A stretch of 64,000 bases of DNA from Camelus ferus (Eukaryota), in contig NC_045697.1 in NCBI RefSeq assembly GCF_009834535.1, positions 98,520,001-98,584,000 on the forward strand, written 5' to 3'. The translations under genes and the position numbers were made by a program. The notes beneath the pieces are model-generated. The model was not told the origin of the DNA and ran no database searches. It was given only the letters and a program-made list of their open reading frames with translations. Position 1 is the first letter of the stretch; each line of letters begins with the position of its first letter. Shown one piece after another: positions 40,249 to 51,480 of this stretch.

Positions 40249-40692
40249 TGTGAAAATTAATTAAGAGAAACCTCACCAAAATGGAATCAGGAGTCCAGAA
40301 GGGGGAGCTCTCACATACATACACTCACATACAGATCCCAACAGAAAGAGATGTTACTTCCAGCAGGAAGTCACACTTTACTACTGGCAGCAGAAAGGAG
40401 AAAGATTTTCTCCTTGCCTAGCAATAGCTCAGCCAATGAAAGACTGTCACAACTCAGCCAATGAAAAGTCACTATACTTTGAACTCCCAGCTTCCTCCAA
40501 TGAACTTTTTGTTTACAACAGCCTCTCCCAGCTTCCCCTTCGCCTCTTTAAAAGATTTTCCTCTCCTTTGCTTTACCAAGCTTGCATGTGGTTCCCCACA
40601 GTTGCCTGTTCCAAATTACAGTTCTTTGCTATTCCCCAAAACACCCATTTTGCTGATAAAATAATTGGCTGTTTCATTGTTTCAGCTTAACA
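40249..40692 (+). repeat. 5' LTR
   Basis: tgtgaaa...ttaaca; tandem CCAAT boxes (ctcagccaatgaaa x2); homologous to 44536-44992. Confidence 0.92.
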
Positions 40693-41123
40693 TTACATAG
40701 AGGTCCCCCCCCAGGAGCCACAGAAGACCCCGGAAAACCCTGAGGCTAGTGAGCAAACAGGTGCCAGTTCGCATAGAGCCCACTGAGCTCACAGCTTTCT
40801 CACCAACCCTGAAGTTTGAGGGTAAGTTTTTCTTCTAGATCTGAGCTCCACTCTTTTTGCATTTTTTAAAGCTCTCCAGGCTTTATCTAGGACCTGTTTT
40901 AAAGCTTCATCTTTTTTTGTCAAGGCCTTGCTTTGTCTGTGAGTACTCATTTGGCACTTGAGCCTGACTATTTTGGAACCAGGTCGTTCCTATTAGAACT
41001 GTGCTGTTTAGCTTTTGGCCTGACTCCTTCGGGACCAGGCTGTTCCTATTGGAAGTGTGCTGTTATTTAGCCAGTGGGCCATTTAAGAATTATTCTTTTG
41101 CTCTAGAGAAAAACCTCTGGAAA

Positions 41124-42370
41124 GTGGGATCTCACTTACCTAAATGTTTTGAGAACGCCCCCGCCCTTCAGAGACCTTGGCTGATCTTTTGTTTAAAAAC
41201 TAGAGTCCCTCCTCATGTTCATTTCTAACTCAATGCTGACTTAACCAAAAGTAATTTGGAACATCAATGTCCATTATGGGGACTCCCCAAACATGCCTTG
41301 CTTAAAACTGACATGTCTCTGAAATCGTCAAAACTAAATTTGACTCCTATTTGGATGGGTATTTTGAGGCTTGCATACATAACCAGCAGTCTAAAAGTGC
41401 CTCTCTGCAAAAGGCAGTAATTAAATTAACTGAAGCAAACAAACAAAGGAAGACAGAATGGCTTCCAAAGTCTCATGCTTGCCTCCTCGGCTTATTTGTC
41501 TCAGGCTCTGCCTCCAGTGACATCTACGACCCTATCAGAACCTGCCCCCTTTAATGTTACATCTTCTGAGGATCCAGATAAATCCCAAATGTCTTATGTT
41601 CCCTGGACTAAGGCCAAACTGTAAGCCATAGTTAAGAGTTTCAAAAAGTAACTGAGGAACTCCATAGGTTGGCTAAAGAATTTAACATAGTTATTCAAAC
41701 CCACCAACTTGGTTTCTCAGATTCCTGTCAGTCGGTTCACATCTTGTTGGTGAAGGTCAAGCAGACATTGGATGAAACAAGCCCAATGAGGACACCCTGG
41801 AGGGGATTCAAAAAGCAAACCCTTAACTTGGCAAGAGGCCAGAGCACTCACTGGAAACCTCCACAGAGCAATTCCAGTAGCCTTTCCTAAGCCTGTTGAT
41901 GGGAACAAAATTCAAGCTTAGACACAAAAGTCGGATGAACCTGTCCATAACTACTGTAATTGACTTTAGATTACCTTTAAAGAAAATTCTGGTCTTTCTT
42001 TAAAGTTGGTTCCACTAGGGTAGCTTTTATGTTTATTAATGGCAAAACTGGGATCTTTCTCTTTTAGTTAAAAGGACCAGGATGGAATGAGAAACTAGGT
42101 CCACTCCAGATTACTTAATTTGGCAAATCAGCTCCCTCACACCCTAGATGAGCCACCAAAAAAGAAAGACTGCTATATTCTTAATCTTTAATTCTGACAA
42201 ATGAAGGTCCCTAAACGAAACCCAAAACCTTCTAGTTTCTGCTATTACTTAAAAGAGCCATGACATTGGAAGAATGAGTTAAGCATTTCTTACAAATTTA
42301 AGCATTTCAGGCACCTTAGGCCTGCTAACCAGGCTTTCCAAAGTCCTCCTGATTCCCAGCGAGGGGGCTC
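41124..42370 (+). pseudogene. gag: ERV gag relic (stops and frameshifts)
   Basis: Decayed MG-type start gtgggatct at 41124; capsid-like AKEFNIVIQTH; zinc-knuckle relic C-Y-Y-L-K-E-P-*-H-W-K-N-E at 42240 (decayed CX2CX4HX4C). Confidence 0.75.
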
Positions 42371-42399
42371 CGAAGAACTACAGAGGTTCTTGTCAATTT

Positions 42400-42700
42400 C
42401 CCCCTTACCCAGCTCAAAGAAATAACTCTCCAGACTGAGGATGAACGTTTCTCTCTCTTCATTGACACTGGAGCCACACTATCGGTGATCAACCCTGGGG
42501 CTAGAGAGCAGCCCCTGCCTCAGAGAATCAAAACAGTTCCAAAAGTGGGGATTTCTAATGAACCTCAACAATTGCCCGTTCTGAACCAGTTCGCTTTCAT
42601 CTAGTCCCTTTGAAAGAGACACACCCTTTTCTCCTTAGTTCCTCCTCCTCCTGACTTCTTGAAAAATTATCATACTACAATCTCTTTCTCTCAAAAGGAA
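42400..42700 (+). pseudogene. pro: ERV aspartic protease relic
   Basis: ttc att gac act gga gcc aca cta tcg gtg atc aac = FIDTGATLSVIN, with the DTG active site at 42464-42472. Confidence 0.85.
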
Positions 42701-42707
42701 GAAACAG

Positions 42708-42835
42708 AGGGAAGGTATAGCTCAGTGGCAGAATGTATGCCTAGCCTGCATGAGGGTCTGGGTTCAATCCCCTGTACCTCCTTTAAGAATAAATAAATAA
42801 ACCTAATTACCTCCTCCCCCAAAATAAACAAAAAA
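42708..42835 (+). mobile_element. tRNA-Ala-derived SINE inserted in the ERV
   Basis: gggaaggtatagctcagtggcaga...gggttcaatcccc...aataaataaataaacctaattacctcc; TSD-like aaaaggaagaaaca / aaaagggaagcaaca. Confidence 0.9.
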
Positions 42836-43055
42836 AAGGGAAGCAACAATCCTAAAACTGACCATAGCCATCAAAATAGCCAACCAGGTGGATTATGGAG
42901 CTTTGACATCTTTTATTTTCTCTGTCTCTGACAGTACTGGATCCAATTCTGGAAACATGGGTCATTTGTCCCTTTTGAATCAGCACCCACCCTCCTCACG
43001 AGTAAAATCTCTGACTGATATTGGCAAAATCCACAGTACACCTTCTATTAAGATT

Positions 43056-44082
43056 CCCACTCCTCACCCTGTACATGCATTGAACCATTGGTCCACTGAC
43101 AAAATGATAACATTCATGAACCAATATTGGTGGGGAAATATTAAGAATGCCACAAAGAGTGCCTACCTTGCTTGTGCCACCTGCCCAATTCTAATCCAGG
43201 AAAACCTGTTCACACTGCTCCTGGACATTTTGAATACATAATGGGCCATTCAGGGTTTGGCAAATAGATTTCATACAGCTTCCTCTGTCTCATGGATATA
43301 AGTATGTTTTAATTATGGTCTGTATGTCTTCTCACTACAAGCTTTCCCTTGTAGATAGACCACTGCTTCTTCTGTGGCTAATAGTTTGTTAGAAAGATCA
43401 TCCCTACGTGGGGAACCCCTCTCAAGTTTCATAGTGATTGAGGAATCCATTTACTGGGCAGGTACTTCAACAAGTCTAACTGTTTGGGTGGTTTTACAGC
43501 ATTTTCACTGTGCTCACCATCCTCAATTCTCAAGATTAGTCAAACATACTAACAGCACTATTAAGACCCAACTGGCAAAACTCATAGAAATTCTCCAAAT
43601 ACCCTAGTCAAAAGCATTGCACTTGTCCTTGTAAATCTCAGATCCTCCCCTTTCAGACCTCATAAACTCTCACACTTTGACACAGTTACAGGATGCCCAA
43701 TGCACCCGAACCCCTGCCTCTTTTGAATCTGCAGCTGATAAAAGGAGATACACTTCAATATTGTAAAGGTCTAATTGCTTCCATTAAGAAAAACCATGTC
43801 TGACAGAGCAACTTTTTCACAGTGAGCTTTCAGGATACAAAGACTTTAAGCATCACACCTTTCAATCTGGACATGTTTCTCTATTAGCAAAGACACCTCC
43901 AGAATGACTCTCTTCAACCTCGCAGGAAATGCCCCTATCAGGTACTGATAACCAACCCTCATGCCACCAAAGTCCAAGGAATAGACCCTCGATTCACATG
44001 ACACATCTAAAGAAAGCTCCAAACCCTGACTTGACCTGCATACCATCTGTTGACCTGAAGGTAAAGATTTCCCAGAAATGAG
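43056..44082 (+). pseudogene. pol: ERV integrase relic
   Basis: HHCC motif HALNH...CATC; catalytic-core WQIDFIQLP...GYKYVLIMVC at about 43258; HHPQFSRLVKHTNSTIKTQLAK; GPYQVLITNP C-terminal motif; frameshifted. Confidence 0.88.
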
Positions 44083-44535
44083 GCAGATAACATCAGTAAC
44101 ATAGGCAGATGAGACAGCCTGTATTACTGATAAGACATTTGCTGCCAAACAGTCTCTTTTGAGATAACAATACTGTTTAATCACTGCATGTTTATTCCTG
44201 CACCGTGTCTCCATAAAGCACTTAATTCCTTCAGTTTTAAGTGTGCCCTTGCTGTAGTCACTATTCTAAGATACAGACTTTAGATGGAAAATGCCTAGAT
44301 CTCCCTTCCTCACTGTTACTCAAATGTGACCACAATAGTTTTCCAATCAGTGTATTTTCCCTCCAAGTGGAATACAACACCCAGAAGAGGTCCTTCCTGG
44401 CATGGAGGGACAAAAGGCCATGGAATGCTGGTAAAAAAAAAAATATTAAATAAATTAAAACAAAACAAAACAAAACAAAACCTGATTCTTGATCAGGGAT
44501 GTTTTTTGAGAAAAATCTTGATCCAAACGGGAAAA

Positions 44536-44992
44536 TGTGAAAGTTAATAAAGGAAAACCTCACTATGAGAGAGAGTCAGGAGTCCAGAAGAAGGAACTTT
44601 CACACACATACCACTCACACATGTACAGATCTCAATAGAAAAAGATGTATGTTGCATCTCTGGCAAGAATTGACACTACTTTATTACTGCCAGCAGGAGG
44701 AAGAAAGATCTTCTCCATACCAGGCAACAGCTCAGCCAATAAGAGACTGCTGCAACTCAACCAATAAAAAGTCACTATACTTTGAACACCCAGTTTCCTC
44801 CAATGGACCTTTTGTTTATAACAGCCCCTCCCAACTTCCCTTTCTCCTCTATAAAAGTTTTCTCCCCTTTGTTTTACCAGACTTGCATGTGGTTCACCAT
44901 AGTTGCATTTCCCAAACTGCAATTCTTTATTGCTCTCAATAAGCCCATTTTGCTAGTAAAATAATTTATTGTTTTATAGTTTTAGATTAACA
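44536..44992 (+). repeat. 3' LTR
   Basis: tgtgaaag...ttaaca; ctataaaa TATA-like motif at about 44849; homologous to the 5' LTR. Confidence 0.92.
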
Positions 44993-45243
44993 GTTTGCAA
45001 GGCTCCTTCTCTCACAGTGAAGTTAATATCCCATAGAATTATGAAGGCCAATATCTTTCCTTTACCACCAGTCCTCCCATATGCCCAAATTCAAATTGTG
45101 CCCCAATGGTCAGTTGGAAATAAGAATCCCATCCATGCATAAGTCATAAGTCTTATATATATATCAGTCAAGATATATGTGTATATCGACTGCAGCTCCC
45201 TTACCTACACCAGGGCCTGCCTCAAGCTTTAAAGCTACTATAA

Positions 45244-45966
45244 CATATGGAGGTTCCTTAAAAACTAAAAATAGACTTAACATATGATCCAGCAATCCCA
45301 CTCCTGGGCATATATCTGGAGAAAACTATAATTTGAAAAGATACATGCACCCCACTGTTCATAGCAGCACTATAACTATTTACAATAGTCAAGCCATGGA
45401 AACAACCTAAATGTCCATCGACCGATGAATGGGTAAAGAAGATGTGGTGTATATATATATATATATACATACACACACATATATATACAATGAAATATTA
45501 CTCAGCCATAAAAAGAATGAAACAATGCCATTTGCAGCAACATGGATGGACCTAGAGATTATGATATTAAATGAAGTAAGTCAGACAGAGAAAGACAAAT
45601 ATCATACGATGTCACTTATATGTGGAATCTAAAAAAAAAAAATACAAATTTTATTTACAAACCAGAAATAGATTTATGGACATAGAAAACAAACTGTGGT
45701 TACCAGGGGGGATGGTAGGGGGAAAGGGATAAATCAGGAGTTTGAGATTAGCAGATAGAAACTACTATATATAAAATAGATAAACAGCAAGGGCATACCA
45801 CACAGCACAGGAGACTATATTCAATTTCTTACAATGAACTGTAATGGAAAAGAATCTGAAAAATATATGTATATATGTGTAACTGAATCATTTTGCTGTA
45901 CACTTGAAACTAACATTGTAAATTGACTACATTTCAATTAAAAATAAGAATTTTTTTTTAATTTCA
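45244..45966 (+). mobile_element. 5'-truncated L1 (ORF2 C-terminus plus 3' UTR)
   Basis: atgatccagcaatcccactcctgggcatat..., MPFAATWMDLEIMILNEVSQTEKDKYH; TSD-like aaagctactataa / aaaattactgtaa. Confidence 0.95.
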
Positions 45967-47898
45967 AAAATTACTGTAAGCAAGGACTCCATTAAATTCT
46001 TAGGCAGGGGCTGTCCTTGCTCCATCCTCTCTGGAGAAAGAGGCAAGAGGGCCATTCATGATTATAGCCTCACACAGAGCTACCTCTCTCATCCAAATAT
46101 TCCTGTGAGCCACAGCCTACAAATGTGAAATAACGTCAGGAATTAGAACTATTTTTCTGTGTGCCTGTACTACAATTTTTCTCAGAAAAAAAAAGGCTCG
46201 CCAGCTTTTAGAAAGATCAAATAGAATTTGAAAATCACCCTACTTTATGTGGCAAGAGCTTTAAGAACCAGAGAAAAGCATTTGCAAGCAAATGGGTCAG
46301 AAGATGTTTCCATGATTATCTCTTCCAGAGTACAGCAGTTTGAAACCAGAGAAAATGGGTGTTGCTGGGGCGGGGGGCAGGTAAGGAGGGATGGATGAGA
46401 ATCGCAGAAATACAGATGGAATAACTTTCTGCCACACATGTGGGCTCCAAGCACAGAGAGGCTGCATTTCAAGCAGAAAGCTCTTTTCAAAGCACAAATA
46501 TTGGAAAAACAGAGCAAGACATCAGCACCTTCTAAACACAGCTGTTTGTCCACACCTTCTCCCTGCCAGGCCGTGTTTGATTTAACCTGGCAACCCAGGG
46601 GCGAAAGGCTCCCGCACCCGGTTGTTCAGTCCCTGGGACTCCTCATCTCCCAGCATTATTATGGCTCATGTCGGATATAGTAAACGGACCTCTAAATGTC
46701 GCAGCCAATAGAGGAATTTTTAAGAAATCTTTGGAGTTTCATATTAAATGTGTGTTTAGAGGGCTGGGATTTGTATTTATTCTGGGAAGAAAAAAATACA
46801 GCCACCTGTTCTGAAGATTATGAGCTATTCTTACTGGGATGAACTTTACCAACCGGCTCCAGCCCCAACACGATCATCTGAGTCACAACCAGGAGAATGT
46901 ATTTATTAGTATTGGAGGAAAAAAAGAAAGGAAAAGCGGATGCAAGATTTGCCAACCGGTTGGGCTGGGCAAGTTACAGGGTTCGGCAGACTATTTTGAG
47001 AGTTCTGGGTCACCTGAGAGTGAGGAGCCCACCGAAGCTGTCAGGGAAGCAGAAAGCCCCGGGTTGTCATCAGGATTAGGGCTGTAGCGGTTATCTCCAG
47101 CCTGCATCACCGCAGCCCGAGGCCGCGGAGGTTTACAAGAGAGCGCTGACGGTGCAGTGTCAGCGTGTCCCTAGTTAGGGCCTGAGGGTACAACCGACTG
47201 AGCATCAGCATCCAATAGATAACAACAAAAGCCATTATCTCTCTCCCGGCTGGGCTGCCAAGTGCAGGGGCCAGGATCGCCTGGTGTTTGCAGTTTCCAT
47301 GGCAGCGCTGTTTTGTTCTAGCTGGAAAAGTACACAGAGAGGACCGGATAAACATTGCAGGAAATGACACGAACAACCCAAGTACTGAGCCTGGGATCTC
47401 ATGGCAGGCTTTTTGCCCTTAGTGAGTCAGCGGCTGAGGTGAGGAAGGATGCTTTTCTAGAGATGCCCGGAAACTAACAGCTCCCAAGCGCCGTGCCCGG
47501 CTGAGCGCAGCCATTCATCCGAGGCTAGAGCTCTGGGCTTCCCTATTCCATCTCCCAGACCGTTGAAAAAGCGTGCAGTATACTCAGAATGCTGTTAAAA
47601 GGTTGAGAGACCCTCTGCAGCAGGAAGAGTGAGGGGTAGGAGCGAGGCGCTGCTGTTCTCTTATGTTCCAAATTCTTTAAAGCCTTTGCTCCTCTCTCAC
47701 CTCAGTGCTGCTCAGCCACCACACGGCCACGGAGGGAGCACTGCAGAGGGGTCTCTTAAGTCCGGGCCCTGATACGGAGCATCATCCTCCACACCTCTGT
47801 GTTAGAGGCTGCAGAGGTGCCAACACCTCCGCCCCTTACCATGCAGAGCGCTGGGGAAGACATGGGGGCGGGGGAGGACATGGGGGCGACGGAGGGGG

Positions 47899-48532
47899 TG
47901 TTAGGGCAGGCAGGCAGCTAGAAATGAGCAGAGAAAGGGGGACACATACCAAACAGAAAGGAGGGGCACAGGCCAAATGCAGGAAAACATACATCATGTA
48001 AGCACCAGAAGTCCCTGGGCAGAGAAAGAAAAGCAGGAACCTCTGGGCTGATAAGTGGTCACACCTTTGGGGGTGATGAGTGGCCTAGAGGTCGACAAAG
48101 AAAGGTGGGAAAAGGCAGGAATCTCCAGTGTCCAAATGTAGTATTTTGCTCATTATTTTCTCATTTCAATAAAATTAGCCTTGCAGATTCCATCATGCAC
48201 AGATGCCATTACACTTTAATTCAGACTAAATAAGGCCAAAAATCTCTCCTCCCTTTGGGAAGGTGGAGTTGGGATGATAATCAGGAAATAGGACCCCAAA
48301 CCTTTCCCTCCCCAATGAATATTCCACCTATTCATTTTTACACTTTGTGTAACCAACTTGCCAAAGAAACTCAGGGCAGCTGCTCACCTGAGCCTGCCCG
48401 CTCTCCCCTTGAGAGTGTACTATTCCTCCCTTAATAAATCTCCACTTTACTTTCTTAACTTCCATGTCTTGTCTCTGAATTCTTTCTGGGACAGGACAAG
48501 AACCTGGATCCCAGCTACATCTACCACCAACA
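47899..48532 (+). mobile_element. ERV1-class solo LTR (MER41-like start)
   Basis: tgttaggg...ccaccaaca termini; 4-bp TSD gggg (47895-47898 / 48533-48536); AATAAA at about 48433 followed by a typical U5 tgaattctttct...caagaacc. Confidence 0.85.
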
Positions 48533-48950
48533 GGGGCATTAATCCATGATTGGGACCCATTATTTGCTGGACATACAGCTACTATTTGCTACTAAGGAAG
48601 GAAGGAGGAAAAAAGACCCAGTCCCAGCCTGATGTATGAACCACGCAGTATATAACAGGTCTAATTCACTTTCACTTGTTTCCATCTACTGGCCAGAGAA
48701 CGAACTAGAGAAGGAAGCAGAGTTATTTCCAGCACTAAGGAAGTTCGGTAATTTCTTAGTATTACAACAACAAAGCATCTCAGCAGTTTTTTTTTAAGTG
48801 TTAAAGTCCCCTAATTTAAAGATTCTTAATTATTTGTATGCCATTCCCTCACTGTCATCATCATCTCAATCAAACAGGAAAAATCGGCGGTTCCATTAAG
48901 TTTTATGTCTGCTAGAGGTCATAAATGTCAAATTAAGGATAAAGAGGTCT

Positions 48951-49281
48951 GGGAGTGGATAAAGCTCAGTGGTAGAGTGCATGCCTAGCATGCGCGAGGT
49001 CCTGGGTTCAACCCCCAGTACCTTCATTAAAAATAAACAGATAAATATATTTAATTACCTCCCCCCAAAAAACGTTTTCTAAGAAATGGGGGGCAGGGTA
49101 TAGCTCAGTGGTAGAATACATGCGTAGCACGATGAGGTCCTGAATTCAATTCCCAGTACTTCCATTTTATAAACAAATGAATAAACAGATAAATAAATAA
49201 ACTTAATTATCTACCAATAAAAAAATAAATAAAAGTAAAATAATTCTTTTTTAAAAATAGAAGAAAAAGAAAAGAAAAAAA
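48951..49281 (+). mobile_element. Two head-to-tail tRNA-Ala-derived SINEs inside one 17-bp TSD
   Basis: SINE bodies start at 48951 and 49088; perfect TSD taaggataaagaggtct at 48934-48950 and 49282-49298. Confidence 0.93.
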
Positions 49282-50279
49282 TAAGGATAAAGAGGTCTCA
49301 AGCCCTGGATCCTAGCCACAAAATCATCTCATTAGTCTGCTGACACCTCTTGTTCCCTGCCCTCCGTGTACATGGAGAGTAGGATGCAAATAGGCTAGCC
49401 GCCTCCATCCTCCCTGTTCTAGGATGTGGCTGCTGCAACATCACTTCTCCTGGGTGAGGATCCAGCTACTGCATCCTTGTGTGACCTGAAGTCCTCCCCT
49501 GTCTGAATATCTGTACATTTGGACCTTCAGGTTAATGGTCTTAAGACTATTAAACATTTAAATGTCTTTCATTTAGGTGAGCCGAAAAACAGGATGGCCT
49601 CAGCTACATTCAAAATGTCGAAGTTAAGAGGGATGGGAGGACGGACCTGAGATGGAAGGAGCTGGGGGAAATCCACATATTTAAACCTGTATGTAAACAA
49701 AGGACAGCTGTCCTAAGAATTGGTTTTAGCAAGGATCAAAATTCAGACCTCATTTGTCTTTGTCTCTTCAGATTCAGAAGCAGTTGCCAGACACAAGATA
49801 GGTTCTCCTAGTTATTTGTGGAACCAATGATATGCCCCAGGCTCCAGCATCATCATGAAAAGAAGTGTCCACAGAACAGTTAAACACACCTGAGGCTCAC
49901 CTGCTCAGCTTCTGAGCTGCTCCCCTTGAATCCTGTGGGGCTCTTAGCCCACAAGGAGCCCCTGAGTCTTCAAGTCACTGTCCCAACCAATGCAGGTCAT
50001 GCCTTGAGGGGGAAAAGAGGCAGCAATTTCTGCCCCTGTGTTCCAGCCCTAGGTGAGGATGCATTCATTTTAATTTTGAGTTAAGAACAAGGACACATGT
50101 AACCCTGCATCCCCTCAGGAAAGAACAAATGTGTCACCATCCACATAATGTCACGTTCATGAACAGCCCTCTGTCTGAGTCCACACAAAGCACTCTCAAG
50201 ACTGATTTGGTGGGAGGAAATAACAAAACAAAACAACACAAAACAGAAACCCCTGACACCTAGGAATTTATTGCCTAAT

Positions 50280-50520
50280 AGTAGTCATCATTTAAGGAGT
50301 TTCTAGTAACCACCATGCATGTGCTAAGCATGTTCCTAACACTGATTGACTCTTCACACTTGTAAAATGAGGTGACTCCTCATTTTCCAAGTGAAGGAAC
50401 AGAGCTCAGAGAGGTGAAGTAGCTTGCCCTAGACCACACAGCTAGTAAGCAATGGAGCCAAAATTGGAATCCAGGTTTGACTGACCCCAAATTCCAGACA
50501 TGCTCTTTATCATTACATTA
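50280..50520 (-). mobile_element. MIR SINE, antisense
   Basis: cattttccaagtgaaggaacagagctcagagaggtgaagtagcttgccc...cacacagctagtaag. Confidence 0.8.
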
Positions 50521-50649
50521 AACTAGTTCTCCAGCCTAAGGCAAAAGGCAACAGACATGCTGTATAAATGATAAATGAGGCTACAGTATTCCAACCACCG
50601 CTCCCCAGATAGGCAAGAGGGGAAAACATTGGAAATGCTCGGTTGTTTT

Positions 50650-51480
50650 TCCATTTTTTCTAAGTAGGTAAAAGATTTACAGGTTTTAAAAATCAATCTT
50701 CAGGGGTACAGAGTGAAACAACTTTATTCCCCCACCATCCTCAGTCAGCTCTCTTAAAAAAGATAACCACTTTATTAGATTTTTAGGAAATCCTTCAGAG
50801 TTCCTTTATGCAAATATTAGCACATATGAATAGATATTTTTCCTCCTTGTTTTTCACAAAAAGTAATGCACTCTACATCCTGTTCTGTACCTAGTTTTTT
50901 TCCCACTTAACCAAAGATTTATCAGCACTTCCATACCAATACATAGAGGCTTTCCTCTTCTTTTATATTGCAGGATAGAATTGGCTGAGTATTCTGTTGT
51001 ATCAACATGTCATAAGTGATTTCATCAGGCCCATGTTGATGGACAATTGGATTGTTGCCAATCTTTTGCCATTAAGAAAAATGCTACAATGAACAACTCT
51101 GAACATATTACCATTTCCAAAGGTGACAGTATCTCTGTACAATAAATTCCTAAACAGGATGGCTGGATCCAAAGATATACACGTTTGCAATTAAGACCTA
51201 TATTAGCAATTTGGCCTCCATAGGAGAGACATCAATGTGTACTAGCAAGTACAAGAACGCCTATTTCCTGATCAGCTTGATGAGAGGGATTGTCAAAGCT
51301 TGAGTCCATCCAATCTGATAAGTAAAAAAATGGGCTATCTCCACATAGCTTGAATTTTCTCTTATTATTATTCTCTTTACTCTTATTATGAGTAAGGCTC
51401 AGATCTTTTCTTATATTTAGGAGACTTTTATTTCCTTTGGGGGACTTCCTTTACCCATTCTTTTCTATTGTTATTATTTT
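50650..51480 (-). mobile_element. Old L1M fragment, antisense
   Basis: tgttgatggacaattggattgttgccaatcttttgccatta...aatgctacaatgaaca...ggatggctggatccaaag is an antisense ORF2-end motif. Confidence 0.75.

Larger units (their letters stand above)
40249..44992 (+). mobile_element. Defective class I endogenous retrovirus (ERV1, MER4-group-like), two LTRs, internally deleted
   Basis: Homologous LTRs at both ends; gag, protease and integrase relics in the correct order; purine-rich PPT-like aaacgggaaaa before the 3' LTR. Confidence 0.92.

Noticed and set aside
44082..44535. env gene or a domesticated syncytin-like ORF
   Set aside because: The interval is too short, has no long ORF and shows no CX6CC or immunosuppressive-domain motif
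45165..45192. Hairpin cagtc(aa)gatata-tgtg-tatatcgactg
   Set aside because: Short, built on TA-rich sequence and too small for a pre-miRNA; probably chance
45429..45632. ORF with MPFAATWMDLE
   Set aside because: Standard L1 ORF2-end relic, not a host gene
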